The notes: generated by a model from the letters alone, not told the origin. Counted from the stretch's first letter, positions 29,129-37,990 are shown. The stretch: DNA of 50,314 nt from an uncultured Acidobacteriota bacterium (GCA_964484155.1 CAZAEY010000006.1:1-50314); one strand, 5' to 3'. Translations and numbers: made by a program.

Positions 29129-29144
29129 TGTGATGCATTTCTCA
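29129..29144. promoter_or_regulatory. CRP/FNR-like half-degenerate site TGTGA-N6-TCTCA
   Basis: tgtgatgcatttctca read at 29129-29144, about 68 nt upstream of the ATG at 29212. One mismatch to TGTGA-N6-TCACA. Overlaps the 20-nt repeat copy. Confidence 0.3.
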
Positions 29145-29154
29145 AACCCCTCCG
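29135..29154 (+). repeat. Copy A of a 20-nt exact intergenic repeat GCATTTCTCAAACCCCTCCG
   Basis: Identical 20-mer at 35827-35846, same orientation. Both copies lie in non-coding spacers. Confidence 0.85.
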
Positions 29155-29211
29155 GAGCGAAGAAGGCAGAACGCATAACCAAGCGTCTGGCGCTCGAAGC
29201 GGTCTTTCGCG

Positions 29212-30189
29212 ATGAGATCTTCCTATCAATGGCTGGTTCGGATCCCGGTTGGATGGCAGGCCCTGATCTGTCTGCTGATAGTTTCCTGTGCCAAGATTGC
29301 GGATCCCCGGCCTCCCGACCGCCCGATTCCGCCTCGGCCGCAACCTCCGGAGGTGATCCAGATCGGCGACCAAAGGGTTCTCTTGCGTACACAGCTTCCA
29401 CCAGCCATCATCCAGAAGCTGCTGGTTTTGCGGGCCTGCCCCTCTACCGATCCCTTGCGGGATTACTCGGAAGTGGAGATCGGCGCCGCAGAACTCGCAA
29501 GTGGATTCGTCGAGTACGAGGATCCCTCCCGGATCCCGATCGGCGACTGCGCCTACGCCGTTCGATTTGAAAGCCGGGGACGCCGCTCGGAATCCTCTCC
29601 ACCCGTCTCCACAGCGGAGGAACCGGTCGCGCTCCCTCCCTCCAACCTTCGGTATCAGCAGACTGCTGAAGTCATTCGGCTGGAATGGGATCCCCCTTTG
29701 GAAAATATCGACGGCACTCGGCCGGCTCGCATCGAGGGCTATTTGATCAATAGTCAAATTGAGGTGGAACAAACTTCATTCGACGATCGCTCGTTTGAAT
29801 TCGAACAGCCGAAGTCATATCAAGTTCAAACCATAAGCCGCACCGGCAACCCTCTGATTCTAAGCGAATTGAGCGAAACTCTGACGGTGAGTCCCAGAGA
29901 CGTTTTCCCGCCTGCGAAGCCTGCGGGCGTTTCGGCTGCATGGGTGGGCCAACGAGTGCAATTGGTGTGGGAGCCGAATGAAGAAAGCGACCTCGCGGGT
30001 TACTATCTATATCGTGGAACGGATCCGCTTCGACTCGAAAGGGCGTCGGAACTGATCGCCATCAACAGGCACGCAGACCTTCCGCCTTCCGGAGCGGAGG
30101 AGCTGTATTACCAGGTTACTGCGGTCGACATTTATGGAAACGAAAGCGAGGCTTCGGATACGGTTGCCGTCGCCCGAAGCCGTCCGTGA
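29212..30189 (+). CDS. Lipoprotein with fibronectin type III-like repeats (325 aa)
   Basis: Signal peptide and lipobox WQALICLLIVSC. Pro-rich linker. Fn3-like segments PSNLRYQQTAEVIRLEWDPP and PAGVSAAWVGQRVQLVWEPNEESDLAGYYLYRG...YYQVTAVDIYGNESEAS. Confidence 0.7.
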   Translation: MRSSYQWLVRIPVGWQALICLLIVSCAKIADPRPPDRPIPPRPQPPEVIQIGDQRVLLRTQLPPAIIQKLLVLRACPSTDPLRDYSEVEIGAAELASGFVEYEDPSRIPIGDCAYAVRFESRGRRSESSPPVSTAEEPVALPPSNLRYQQTAEVIRLEWDPPLENIDGTRPARIEGYLINSQIEVEQTSFDDRSFEFEQPKSYQVQTISRTGNPLILSELSETLTVSPRDVFPPAKPAGVSAAWVGQRVQLVWEPNEESDLAGYYLYRGTDPLRLERASELIAINRHADLPPSGAEELYYQVTAVDIYGNESEASDTVAVARSRP

Positions 30190-30209
30190 CCCGAACCGGA
30201 CGCATTGCG

Positions 30210-30227
30210 CCGCCGGCCGGCCGCCGG
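30210..30227 (+). terminator. Weak candidate hairpin terminator after the Fn3 lipoprotein gene
   Basis: ccgccggccggccgccgg forms a 6-bp GC stem (one mismatch) with a CCGG loop, followed by atttct. No strong T-tract. Confidence 0.3.
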
Positions 30228-30286
30228 ATTTCTGGAACGTACAGACTTTAAACCAGTAAAATGTCAGCAAGAAGGAGACAACAATC

Positions 30287-30949
30287 ATGAAGTTTTTTCT
30301 AGACACCGCAAACCTTGAGGAGATCCGCCAAGGGGTTTCTTTGGGGATCGTTGACGGAATTACAACCAACCCGTCGCTGATCGCAAAGGAGGGGCGGCCT
30401 CTTGAGGAAGTCGCCCGGGAGATCTGTTCGATCGTGGACGGGCCCATCAGCCTGGAAGTGGTATCCACAACCGCGGAAGAGATGGTCCGTGAAGGGCGGA
30501 AATTGGCGGCCATCCATCCGAACGTCGTGGTCAAGCTCCCCATGATCCGCGAAGGCTTAAAGGCTCTCAAGATCGTTTCCGAAGAAGGCATCCGGGTCAA
30601 CGTGACCCTGATTTTTTCACCACTCCAGGCCCTGTTGGCGGCAAAGAACGGCGCTGCCTATGTGAGTCCCTTCGTTGGACGTCTGGATGACATTTCGACG
30701 GACGGGATGGAGGTGGTGGCCGACATTCTGGACGTCTATGCGCCTTACGAATTCGAAACTGAAGTGTTGGTGGCGTCCGTGCGCCATCCAATGCACGTGC
30801 TGCAAGCCGCCAGACTAGGCGCCGACGTCGTCACGCTCCCGTATAAGACGCTGGAGCAGATGCTGAAACACCCGCTGACCGACATCGGCCAGGAAAAGTT
30901 TTTGGCGGATTGGAGAAAGAGCCAGGAGCAGCCAGTCGAAGCGGTTTGA
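30287..30949 (+). CDS. tal: Transaldolase / fructose-6-phosphate aldolase (short type 3B), 220 aa
   Basis: [43 protein letters not shown] Schiff-base lysine region. FVGRLDD. GAAGGAGA Shine-Dalgarno upstream. Confidence 0.93.
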   Translation: MKFFLDTANLEEIRQGVSLGIVDGITTNPSLIAKEGRPLEEVAREICSIVDGPISLEVVSTTAEEMVREGRKLAAIHPNVVVKLPMIREGLKALKIVSEEGIRVNVTLIFSPLQALLAAKNGAAYVSPFVGRLDDISTDGMEVVADILDVYAPYEFETEVLVASVRHPMHVLQAARLGADVVTLPYKTLEQMLKHPLTDIGQEKFLADWRKSQEQPVEAV

Positions 30950-30966
30950 ACGGATCCCGCCATCTT

Positions 30967-32517
30967 ATGGAATCAGAGGAGCGACTGAAGGAACTGCAGC
31001 GACGACGCGTCGAGGCCGAACTCGGCGGCGGCGGCGCAAGGGTGGCCCGCCAGCACGAGGCCGGGAAGATGACCGCTCGCGAGAGAATCCAATTTCTGAT
31101 CGACGAGGGGACCTTCGAAGAGCTCGACAAGTTCGTCGTGCACCGCTGTTCCGACTTCGGCATGGAGAAAAACCGGATTCCGGGCGACGGGGTCGTGACC
31201 GGATACGGAAAGATAGACGGCCGTCTCGTTTATGTTTTCGCTCAAGACTTCACTGTCTTCGGGGGCAGTCTTTCGGAAACTTATGCGGCCAAGATCTGCA
31301 AGATCATGGATCTGGCGATGAAAACCGGCGCACCCGTAATTGGTTTAAATGACAGCGGGGGAGCCCGTATCCAGGAGGGCGTGGTCAGCCTGGCCGGGTA
31401 TGCCGACATCTTCCTGAGAAACACCCTTGCTAGCGGCGTGATTCCGCAGATATCGGCCATTCTCGGACCCTGCGCCGGCGGCGCCGTCTATTCGCCGGCA
31501 ATCACCGATTTCGTCTTCATGGTTCACAAGACGAGCTACATGTTTATTACCGGTCCCGACGTCATCCGGACCGTCACTCATGAAGAGGTCAGCATGTCGG
31601 AGCTGGGCGGAGCGACCACCCACAGCAGCAAGAGCGGAGTAGCCCATTTCGCATCCGCATCGGAAGAGGAATGTCTGACCGAAATTCGGCGTCTGCTTTC
31701 GTTCCTCCCCTCCAACAATCTGGAAGACCCTCCGCGAATGGAGACCTCTGATCCGGCGGATCGAACCGATCCGAATCTGGATCGGCTGATTCCGTCCGAT
31801 CCAAATCAGCCTTACGACATGAAAGAGCTGATTCGCGCGGTCGTCGACGGCCACGAGTTCCTCGAGGTACATGAGCAATTCGCCGAAAACATCGTTGTAG
31901 GATTCGCCCGCATTTTGGGCGCGCCCATCGGAATTGTGGCCAATCAACCGGCTGTACTGGCCGGGACCCTGGACATCAATTCATCGATCAAGGGAGCGAG
32001 GTTCGTTCGCTTTTGCGACGCTTTCAACATCCCGCTGGTGGTGTTCGAAGACGTTCCCGGATTCCTTCCCGGCGTGGGCCAGGAGCACGGCGGAATCATT
32101 CGGCACGGCGCCAAGCTTCTCTACGCCTTTGCAGAGGCCACAGTTCCCAAGATTACGATCATCACCCGAAAGGCCTACGGGGGCGCTTACTGCGTGATGG
32201 CTTCCAAACACATACGCGCGGACTTGAACTATGCGTTTCCGACGGCGGAAATAGCAGTGATGGGCCCCCAGGCTGCAGTCGAAATCCTTTACCGTCAGCA
32301 GATCGCGGAGAGCGCTGAACCCGAGAAACTGAAGGCTGCGAAGGTGGAGGAGTTCCGCGAGAAGTTTGCAAACCCGTATGTGGCCGCCGAAAGGGGTTAT
32401 ATTGACGAGATCATCGAACCTCAGATGACCCGGCGCAAGCTGGTTCGGGCCCTGGAATTGACCGCTCACAAACGGGATAAGAATCCCCCGCGAAAGCATG
32501 GCAATATTCCGCTTTAG
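30967..32517 (+). CDS. Acyl-CoA carboxylase carboxyltransferase subunit (propionyl-CoA carboxylase beta / methylmalonyl-CoA carboxyltransferase family)
   Basis: [22 protein letters not shown]...[15 protein letters not shown]...[32 protein letters not shown]...[13 protein letters not shown] is typical of the family. ATG 30967 chosen over the TTG at 30910. Confidence 0.93.
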   Translation: MESEERLKELQRRRVEAELGGGGARVARQHEAGKMTARERIQFLIDEGTFEELDKFVVHRCSDFGMEKNRIPGDGVVTGYGKIDGRLVYVFAQDFTVFGGSLSETYAAKICKIMDLAMKTGAPVIGLNDSGGARIQEGVVSLAGYADIFLRNTLASGVIPQISAILGPCAGGAVYSPAITDFVFMVHKTSYMFITGPDVIRTVTHEEVSMSELGGATTHSSKSGVAHFASASEEECLTEIRRLLSFLPSNNLEDPPRMETSDPADRTDPNLDRLIPSDPNQPYDMKELIRAVVDGHEFLEVHEQFAENIVVGFARILGAPIGIVANQPAVLAGTLDINSSIKGARFVRFCDAFNIPLVVFEDVPGFLPGVGQEHGGIIRHGAKLLYAFAEATVPKITIITRKAYGGAYCVMASKHIRADLNYAFPTAEIAVMGPQAAVEILYRQQIAESAEPEKLKAAKVEEFREKFANPYVAAERGYIDEIIEPQMTRRKLVRALELTAHKRDKNPPRKHGNIPL

Positions 32518-32523
32518 GAATGC

Positions 32524-34026
32524 ATGTTTAAGAAGATCCTGATTGCAAATCGCGGGGAAATCGCCGTCCGCATCATCCGCGCCTGTCGAGATATGGGAAT
32601 CTCCCCGGTCGCAGTTTATTCCGATGCGGATCGAGCCGCTCTCCACGTCCGGCTCGCCGACGAGGCTCACTTCATCGGTCCGGCCCGCGCGACGGAAAGC
32701 TACCTCTGCTTTGAACGGCTTCTGGACGCAGGGAAACGCTCCGGGGCGGACGCGATTCATCCCGGATACGGTTTTCTGGCGGAGAACGCCGCCTTCGCGC
32801 GAGCTTGCGCCGATGCCGGCCTGGTTTTTATCGGGCCTTCCGCTTCTTCAATTGAGCGGATGGGAAGCAAGCTGGAAAGTCGGCGCATCGTCGCCGCCGC
32901 GGGAGTGGCCACGGTTCCGGGAAGCGACAGCGAAGCGGCGGATTGGCAAACCGCTCTGAAAGCCGGACGCCAAATCGGGTTCCCAGTGATGATCAAGGCC
33001 AGCGCCGGCGGGGGGGGGAAAGGAATGCGCGTCGCCAGGAATGAGGACGACCTGAAATCCTCGTTCGAGACGGCCCGAGGAGAGGCCGGTTCGGCGTTCG
33101 ACGACTCCACCATTTATCTTGAAAAATACATTGAGAAGCCGCGACATATTGAGGTGCAGCTCTTGGGCGATCAGCACGGCGGGATGATTTTCCTTGGCGA
33201 ACGCGAATGCTCGATTCAGCGGCGCCATCAGAAACTGGTCGAGGAATGCCCTTCGCCCGCCGTGACCGCTGAACTGCGGGAGCAGCTCGGTCGGGCCGCC
33301 ATGGCTGTAGCGCGAGCCGTCGACTACCACAATGCAGGAACTGTCGAGTTTCTGCTTGACGCCGGCAACGCGACAGCTGCCCCTACTTTCTACTTCCTCG
33401 AAATGAATACCCGTTTGCAGGTGGAGCATCCGGTCACCGAAATGACCTTCGGAATCGATCTGGTCCGCGAACAGATCCGCATCGCCGCTGGCGAAAAGCT
33501 GGAATGGAGTCAGCAGGACGTTCGGATGCAAGGCGCCGCGCTGGAATGCAGAATCTACGCGGAAGATCCCCAGCGGGATTTCGCGCCGTCGCCCGGACTT
33601 CTGGAGACCGTCTTCGAGCCGTCCGGTCCCGGAATCCGTAACGATTGCGGCGTGTATGCGGGCTTCGAAATCCCGCTGGAGTACGATCCGCTGATTTCAA
33701 AACTGATCGCTCACGGAAAAGATCGCTCCGAAGCAATCCGGCGCATGCGGCGGGCCCTTTTCGAATACAAGATCGGGGGCGTGAAAACCACAATTTCGTT
33801 CTTTGAACGCCTGCTCTCCCATCCCGCATTTCAGGCCGGTGAACTTCATACCCATTTTCTCGAGCAGCACCGCATTCTGGACAATGATTCCGAATCCTGC
33901 GATGACTGGATCCCCTGCGCGGCGGCGGCCATTTATCGCTTTCTCGAAGATGAATCGGCCAATCCTGCGGTCGCCAAGACGGACGCCGGGCGATGGAAAA
34001 CCTTCTACCGGAGAGAGTGGGAGTGA
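32524..34026 (+). CDS. Biotin carboxylase subunit (ATP-grasp), 500 aa
   Basis: MFKKILIANRGEIAVRIIRACRDMGI. GYGFLAENAAFA. MIKASAGGGGKGMRV. EMNTRLQVEHPVTE. Confidence 0.95.
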   Translation: MFKKILIANRGEIAVRIIRACRDMGISPVAVYSDADRAALHVRLADEAHFIGPARATESYLCFERLLDAGKRSGADAIHPGYGFLAENAAFARACADAGLVFIGPSASSIERMGSKLESRRIVAAAGVATVPGSDSEAADWQTALKAGRQIGFPVMIKASAGGGGKGMRVARNEDDLKSSFETARGEAGSAFDDSTIYLEKYIEKPRHIEVQLLGDQHGGMIFLGERECSIQRRHQKLVEECPSPAVTAELREQLGRAAMAVARAVDYHNAGTVEFLLDAGNATAAPTFYFLEMNTRLQVEHPVTEMTFGIDLVREQIRIAAGEKLEWSQQDVRMQGAALECRIYAEDPQRDFAPSPGLLETVFEPSGPGIRNDCGVYAGFEIPLEYDPLISKLIAHGKDRSEAIRRMRRALFEYKIGGVKTTISFFERLLSHPAFQAGELHTHFLEQHRILDNDSESCDDWIPCAAAAIYRFLEDESANPAVAKTDAGRWKTFYRREWE

Positions 34027-34544
34027 AGCTGGAGACGACCCTGGGAGGCGAAAGCCGGCAACTGGAAGTCAAGCGGCAACCGGGTGCGTGCGATTCATTC
34101 AATGTCGCAGTCGCAGGACTGGACGGAGCCCCGCAGGAGAGGTCTATGGTCCTTCTCTCCCGCAGCGGAAGTCGGTGGACCTTCCAGCAAGGAAATCAAA
34201 TTGTCGACGTGTTGATGGAAAGGCGCGGCAAGATCGTGGAGGTGCTGTGGAACCATCGAGCTTTTGAGATCGAGGTCCTGAGCCTCCGCGACAAGATGCT
34301 CCGCCAGGCAGTCCGGGCCGAAATGGAAGGGATCTCCTCCGTCAAGGCTCAGATGCCGGGAAGGGTCGTCCGCGTGCTGAAAGGACAAGGAGATGCAGTC
34401 GAAACCGGAGAAGGCGTGGTCATCATCGAGGCGATGAAAATGCAAAACGAGATCCGCTCACCCAAATCCGGCAAAGTGATCCGTATTCAGCTTCAAGAAG
34501 GCGTCCACGTCCAAAGCGGCGACCTCCTCTTCGAAGTGGAGTGA
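34023..34544 (+). CDS. Biotin carboxyl carrier protein (biotinyl domain at C-terminus)
   Basis: Biotinylation motif VIIEAMKMQNEI. GTG at 34023 overlaps the biotin carboxylase stop (GTGA). The track ORF starts at 33993. Confidence 0.85.
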   Translation: MKLETTLGGESRQLEVKRQPGACDSFNVAVAGLDGAPQERSMVLLSRSGSRWTFQQGNQIVDVLMERRGKIVEVLWNHRAFEIEVLSLRDKMLRQAVRAEMEGISSVKAQMPGRVVRVLKGQGDAVETGEGVVIIEAMKMQNEIRSPKSGKVIRIQLQEGVHVQSGDLLFEVE

Positions 34545-34566
34545 CGCAGGCCTTTTTCGATGCAGA

Positions 34567-34593
34567 CCGCCCCTCCAGGCTATCTCGGGGCGG
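34567..34593. terminator. Candidate hairpin between convergent genes
   Basis: CCGCCCC (34567-34573), 13-nt loop, GGGGCGG (34587-34593). Lies between the BCCP stop (34544) and the minus-strand gene stop (34620). No T-tract. Confidence 0.3.
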
Positions 34594-34619
34594 CCCCGCG
34601 AAACCCGTCTCGACTGGCT

Positions 34620-34997
34620 TCAAGCGACTGAAACCTCAGCGGTCCAGTAGAGAAACACGAGCAGAAACGTCAGCGTTCCCAGCACCTTCGCAATGTCTCT
34701 TCGGACGAACTTCCAGGCAGTCGAGTCGGAAGTCAGGGCCAGGGCGCTCTCCAGCAGGATCAGCAAGGGAAGGATGAATGGCGAAAAGACCAAAAGCGGG
34801 AGAAGGAATGACGCGGCCTGAGAAGTCGACGCCGGGCTGAAGAGGCTGTCGAAACTGGGAAAGTGCAGCCAACCCAAAAGCGTTACGGTGATCAGATAGA
34901 TGCAGTAGATTCGAATGATGTACCGCATCGCTTCAAAGGCGGTCCTACCCCCGGAAGTCATCCGGCGCAGTCTATACAAGATCTGCCCGGTTTTCAA
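34620..34997 (-). CDS. Hypothetical small polytopic membrane protein (up to 125 aa)
   Basis: Three hydrophobic helices (IYCIYLITVTLLGWL, SFLLPLLVFSPFILPLLILL, LGTLTFLLVFLYW). TTG at 34997, alternative ATGs at 34961 and 34928. Lies 20 nt after the upstream gene stop. Confidence 0.4.
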   Translation of the reverse strand: MKTGQILYRLRRMTSGGRTAFEAMRYIIRIYCIYLITVTLLGWLHFPSFDSLFSPASTSQAASFLLPLLVFSPFILPLLILLESALALTSDSTAWKFVRRDIAKVLGTLTFLLVFLYWTAEVSVA

Positions 34998-35017
34998 CGG
35001 ATGGAACGGTGCAGGAG

Positions 35018-35749
35018 CTATTTCAGGGGAATCGTCGTGGTTTCTTCGATCCTGGATTCGTGCAGCAGTCCTGACTCGCTTTGGTGGGAAAAATGACCGT
35101 CGGCGTCGGGAGCCTGGACTTCCAGCCAGACGGCGCCGTCCTGGTTTCGATGCTGCGAAACGACGCGGACCCAGGTTCCTTTCGTCACATGTACGGAGGT
35201 TTCCTTCGGGCGGCCTTCCTCAAAGTAATAGAGGGGAGTGTCGGCTGATACTTTTCCAATCGAATATTCAGCACTCGCTCGTGATCGAAGAACTGTCAGC
35301 AATTGACTTGCGACCCCTTCGCCCCCTCCGCGCACTCGGCCCACTCCGCCCGATTCCACGGATTCCTCACTTGCCGAAGCGAGCCCTCCAGAAGCCATCA
35401 AGCCGGGACCATATTTGGGCAGACCGACGGAAACGATCGAAATCGAAAGAACGACGCTGCTCAACTTCATGTAAGCCAAAACCGTCGTTTTGCCAAAGGC
35501 GGCTACGGCAAGTCCGATCCCTGCGTACAGCAATGAGAACAGCAGGACGAACACCTGGAAAGGCGACAAGGCAAGAAAGCTCGAAAGTACCACTTCGAGA
35601 ACTCCGCCCCAGATGTCCAGCTCCATCAGAACGCAGATGCTAAGGCCGGTACCCAACCCGACCAGCCCGGGCAACTGATACCGGTTTGCTAATCGAAGGC
35701 CCACGAATGAACAGATCACGGCGGCCAGCCAAAATTGAGGACTGGACAT
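35018..35749 (-). CDS. Hypothetical membrane protein with C-terminal SH3-like domain (243 aa)
   Basis: About four N-terminal TM helices, a Gly/Ser-rich linker, then YSIGKVSADTPLYYFEEGRPKETSVHVTKGTWVRVVSQHRNQDGAVWLEVQ, which resembles a bacterial SH3 fold. No recognisable SD. Confidence 0.55.
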   Translation of the reverse strand: MSSPQFWLAAVICSFVGLRLANRYQLPGLVGLGTGLSICVLMELDIWGGVLEVVLSSFLALSPFQVFVLLFSLLYAGIGLAVAAFGKTTVLAYMKLSSVVLSISIVSVGLPKYGPGLMASGGLASASEESVESGGVGRVRGGGEGVASQLLTVLRSRASAEYSIGKVSADTPLYYFEEGRPKETSVHVTKGTWVRVVSQHRNQDGAVWLEVQAPDADGHFSHQSESGLLHESRIEETTTIPLK

Positions 35750-35783
35750 TGCACAATAGTGGACCTCTTATCCCGACTTGCGA

Positions 35784-35799
35784 TGTGATCGTAATCACA
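35784..35799. promoter_or_regulatory. Perfect CRP/FNR-family consensus site TGTGA-N6-TCACA
   Basis: tgtgatcgtaatcaca read at 35784-35799. The centre lies about 42 nt upstream of the ATG at 35749 (minus strand). A TATTGT hexamer lies 3 nt upstream of that ATG. Confidence 0.45.
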
Positions 35800-35826
35800 G
35801 AATCGGCAGAATCCGCGGTCGAGCCC

Positions 35827-35846
35827 GCATTTCTCAAACCCCTCCG
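35827..35846 (+). repeat. Copy B of the 20-nt exact intergenic repeat GCATTTCTCAAACCCCTCCG
   Basis: Identical to 29135-29154. In this copy the 3' part forms the hairpin CCCCTC-cgtcgc-GAGGGG (35839-35856). Confidence 0.85.
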
Positions 35847-36157
35847 TCGCGAGGGGCGTGGATGCAAGGCGCGAGGAGCGCGCATATCGGGGATATGCGT
35901 GCGACGAGCAGCGCAGACGGCCGGGATGCAGCGCTGCCCGACTGCGGACGAACTTCTGACTCAGGACACTTGCCCGTTGCGGGCGGATTCAGAGCGGTTC
36001 GCGCCGCCATAGAATCAGCAAGGGCGGCAAGGATTTAACAGCATTTCAAATGTCGAATTTGTGACGGCGCCGCTGCTTGTCTGCGAGATTAAAAATTGAT
36101 AAGCGCTCAGGGGCAAAGCCTTGTCGCGCAGCAGGTCCAGACTTTTACCGCGGCCCG

Positions 36158-37729
36158 CTAACGGTCGGAAACGGCGTGCAACTGAAAGTCGGGCTGTGGG
36201 CGCGATTTGAAGAGTCGACAGCACGGCTTGGCGATGACTCGAGCCCAGGTTGCCGACCGGTTGACTCGTGCGCTGTCTGTTGAGATGCCCGTGTTTGCAA
36301 ACATCTGCCGATAGAGTTTTGAAATCAGGAGAAAGGCGAGTCTGGATCGCAGGCGGTTCACGCAGCGAGATCTTTTCCAGATGGCTTGCATGCTGTAAAA
36401 GCTATCCCATGTCGCCTGAGTCCGGCTTCGGATCTCGTCGGCGGACATGGTGGGATGCTCCATGGAAAGTCCATTTCTGCGATGGCGCGGAGTCAGCCAG
36501 TAGCGACTGGCTGGAAACCCTTCGATTCCGGAGTCGTTTTCGTTCAGCTTCTCTTCCCAGCGCTGAAAATCAACCGTGCCGGGGAACACCGAAAGGGTTA
36601 CGAACTGAGCGAAGGCCAGCTCGGCCCGGTCCGCCAACGAAGCCGTAGCGTCGAACGTTTCCGGACGGTCGGTCGGGAGTCCGAAAATAAATGAGCCGAG
36701 CACAAAGATTTCGTGCTCTCGAAAAGTCCGCAACCGATCCACAAGATCTTCTCCAGCAAGGTTGAAGTCCTTGTATACCGCTTGCAGTCCCTCCGGCGTG
36801 ATCGACTCCACTCCCACCAGCACGCCCCGGATGCGGGCGTCCCGCATAGCCGCCAGGAATTCCGGGTCCTCCGCCGCCTCCATGGTGATCTGTGTAAAGA
36901 AGACCGTGTCTTCCGGGAACTCCGCCAATCGCTCCATCAACTCGAATCGCTCCTTGCGAAGCGCGATCAACGTGTCCCGACGCTCCTTGTTTTCTCGTCG
37001 GTCGGCCACTTCAATGTCGCGAAGTGTGACTGGGTAAAAGTTGTCGTCAGCCAGCAAAATGAAGCGAAATCCCAGCCTGCGCAACTCGACAACCTCTCTG
37101 ACAACCTGTTCGAATTGCCTCTGACGCGGACGCTGGCCGTCCGTTCTCCATACGGAGCAGAACGAGCAGTGCTTGGGACAGCCCCTCACAGTCTGGACTG
37201 AAGCCCACATGTAACGGTCTGCCGGCATCAAATCCCATCGAGCGGGCAAGAATTCGCCGCCTTCCAAGTGCCCGCCATTGTAGAATTCAAGGGGTTCGCC
37301 CTTGCGGCAGTCTTCCAGCACCTGTGCCCAGATCCGGTCGCCGTCGCCCTTGACCACCGAATGAGCGCCGCCCAGCCGATACGCCTCGTCGGGAAACAGA
37401 CCGGCGTGAATCCCGCCGAAAATCACATACGCTCCACGCTCCCGGGCCATCTTTCCCACCTTGTATCCCCGAAGCGCGTTGGAGGTATGAATCCCGATTC
37501 CAACGACGTCTCCCGGTCGCACTTGAGACAGGTCCCCCTTCTCCAGGCTTTCATCAATAACAACAGGAGCGCCGTACTCCGTCGGCGTTGCAGCCGCAAT
37601 GACGTAAAGCCATCTCGGAGCCACGATTCCGATGCCAAAGGACAGATCGCTAGGATTGATCAGATAAACGCGCAAAGCTGCTCCTCTCGACACGCGGGAT
37701 GCATCCTCAACCCGGCATGCCCTCATCAC
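36158..37729 (-). CDS. B12-binding domain radical SAM protein (class B rSAM, DUF4070-like C-terminus), 523 aa
   Basis: N-terminal cobalamin-binding-like Rossmann region (VYLINPS...GIGIHTSNALRGYKVGKMARERGAYVIFGGIHA). Radical SAM cluster motif RGCPKHCSFCSVW (CxxxCxxC). A TTG at 37675 (MRVYLINPS) is an alternative start. Confidence 0.88.
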   Translation of the reverse strand: MMRACRVEDASRVSRGAALRVYLINPSDLSFGIGIVAPRWLYVIAAATPTEYGAPVVIDESLEKGDLSQVRPGDVVGIGIHTSNALRGYKVGKMARERGAYVIFGGIHAGLFPDEAYRLGGAHSVVKGDGDRIWAQVLEDCRKGEPLEFYNGGHLEGGEFLPARWDLMPADRYMWASVQTVRGCPKHCSFCSVWRTDGQRPRQRQFEQVVREVVELRRLGFRFILLADDNFYPVTLRDIEVADRRENKERRDTLIALRKERFELMERLAEFPEDTVFFTQITMEAAEDPEFLAAMRDARIRGVLVGVESITPEGLQAVYKDFNLAGEDLVDRLRTFREHEIFVLGSFIFGLPTDRPETFDATASLADRAELAFAQFVTLSVFPGTVDFQRWEEKLNENDSGIEGFPASRYWLTPRHRRNGLSMEHPTMSADEIRSRTQATWDSFYSMQAIWKRSRCVNRLRSRLAFLLISKLYRQMFANTGISTDSARVNRSATWARVIAKPCCRLFKSRPQPDFQLHAVSDR

Positions 37730-37990
37730 TTTTCACCTGCTGAAGCCCCTGCCGGTTAGGTTCACCGCACGCCAAGCTCCCTCAGAAAGCCACGGCGTTT
37801 CCGCCGGCAACGGAAAGACTCCTTACACTTCGATTTCTGTACGGAGAATCCGAAATATGGATTATAGAATACGTTTCGTTCCGAAAACAGTCAAGCTTGC
37901 CCGCCCACTGCATCCTCAACCCTCAAAGGAAAACCCCTCGAAGCGGTTCGCGATGGAGTCCAAACCGGGTTATGGTTATGGGGAGGCCAG

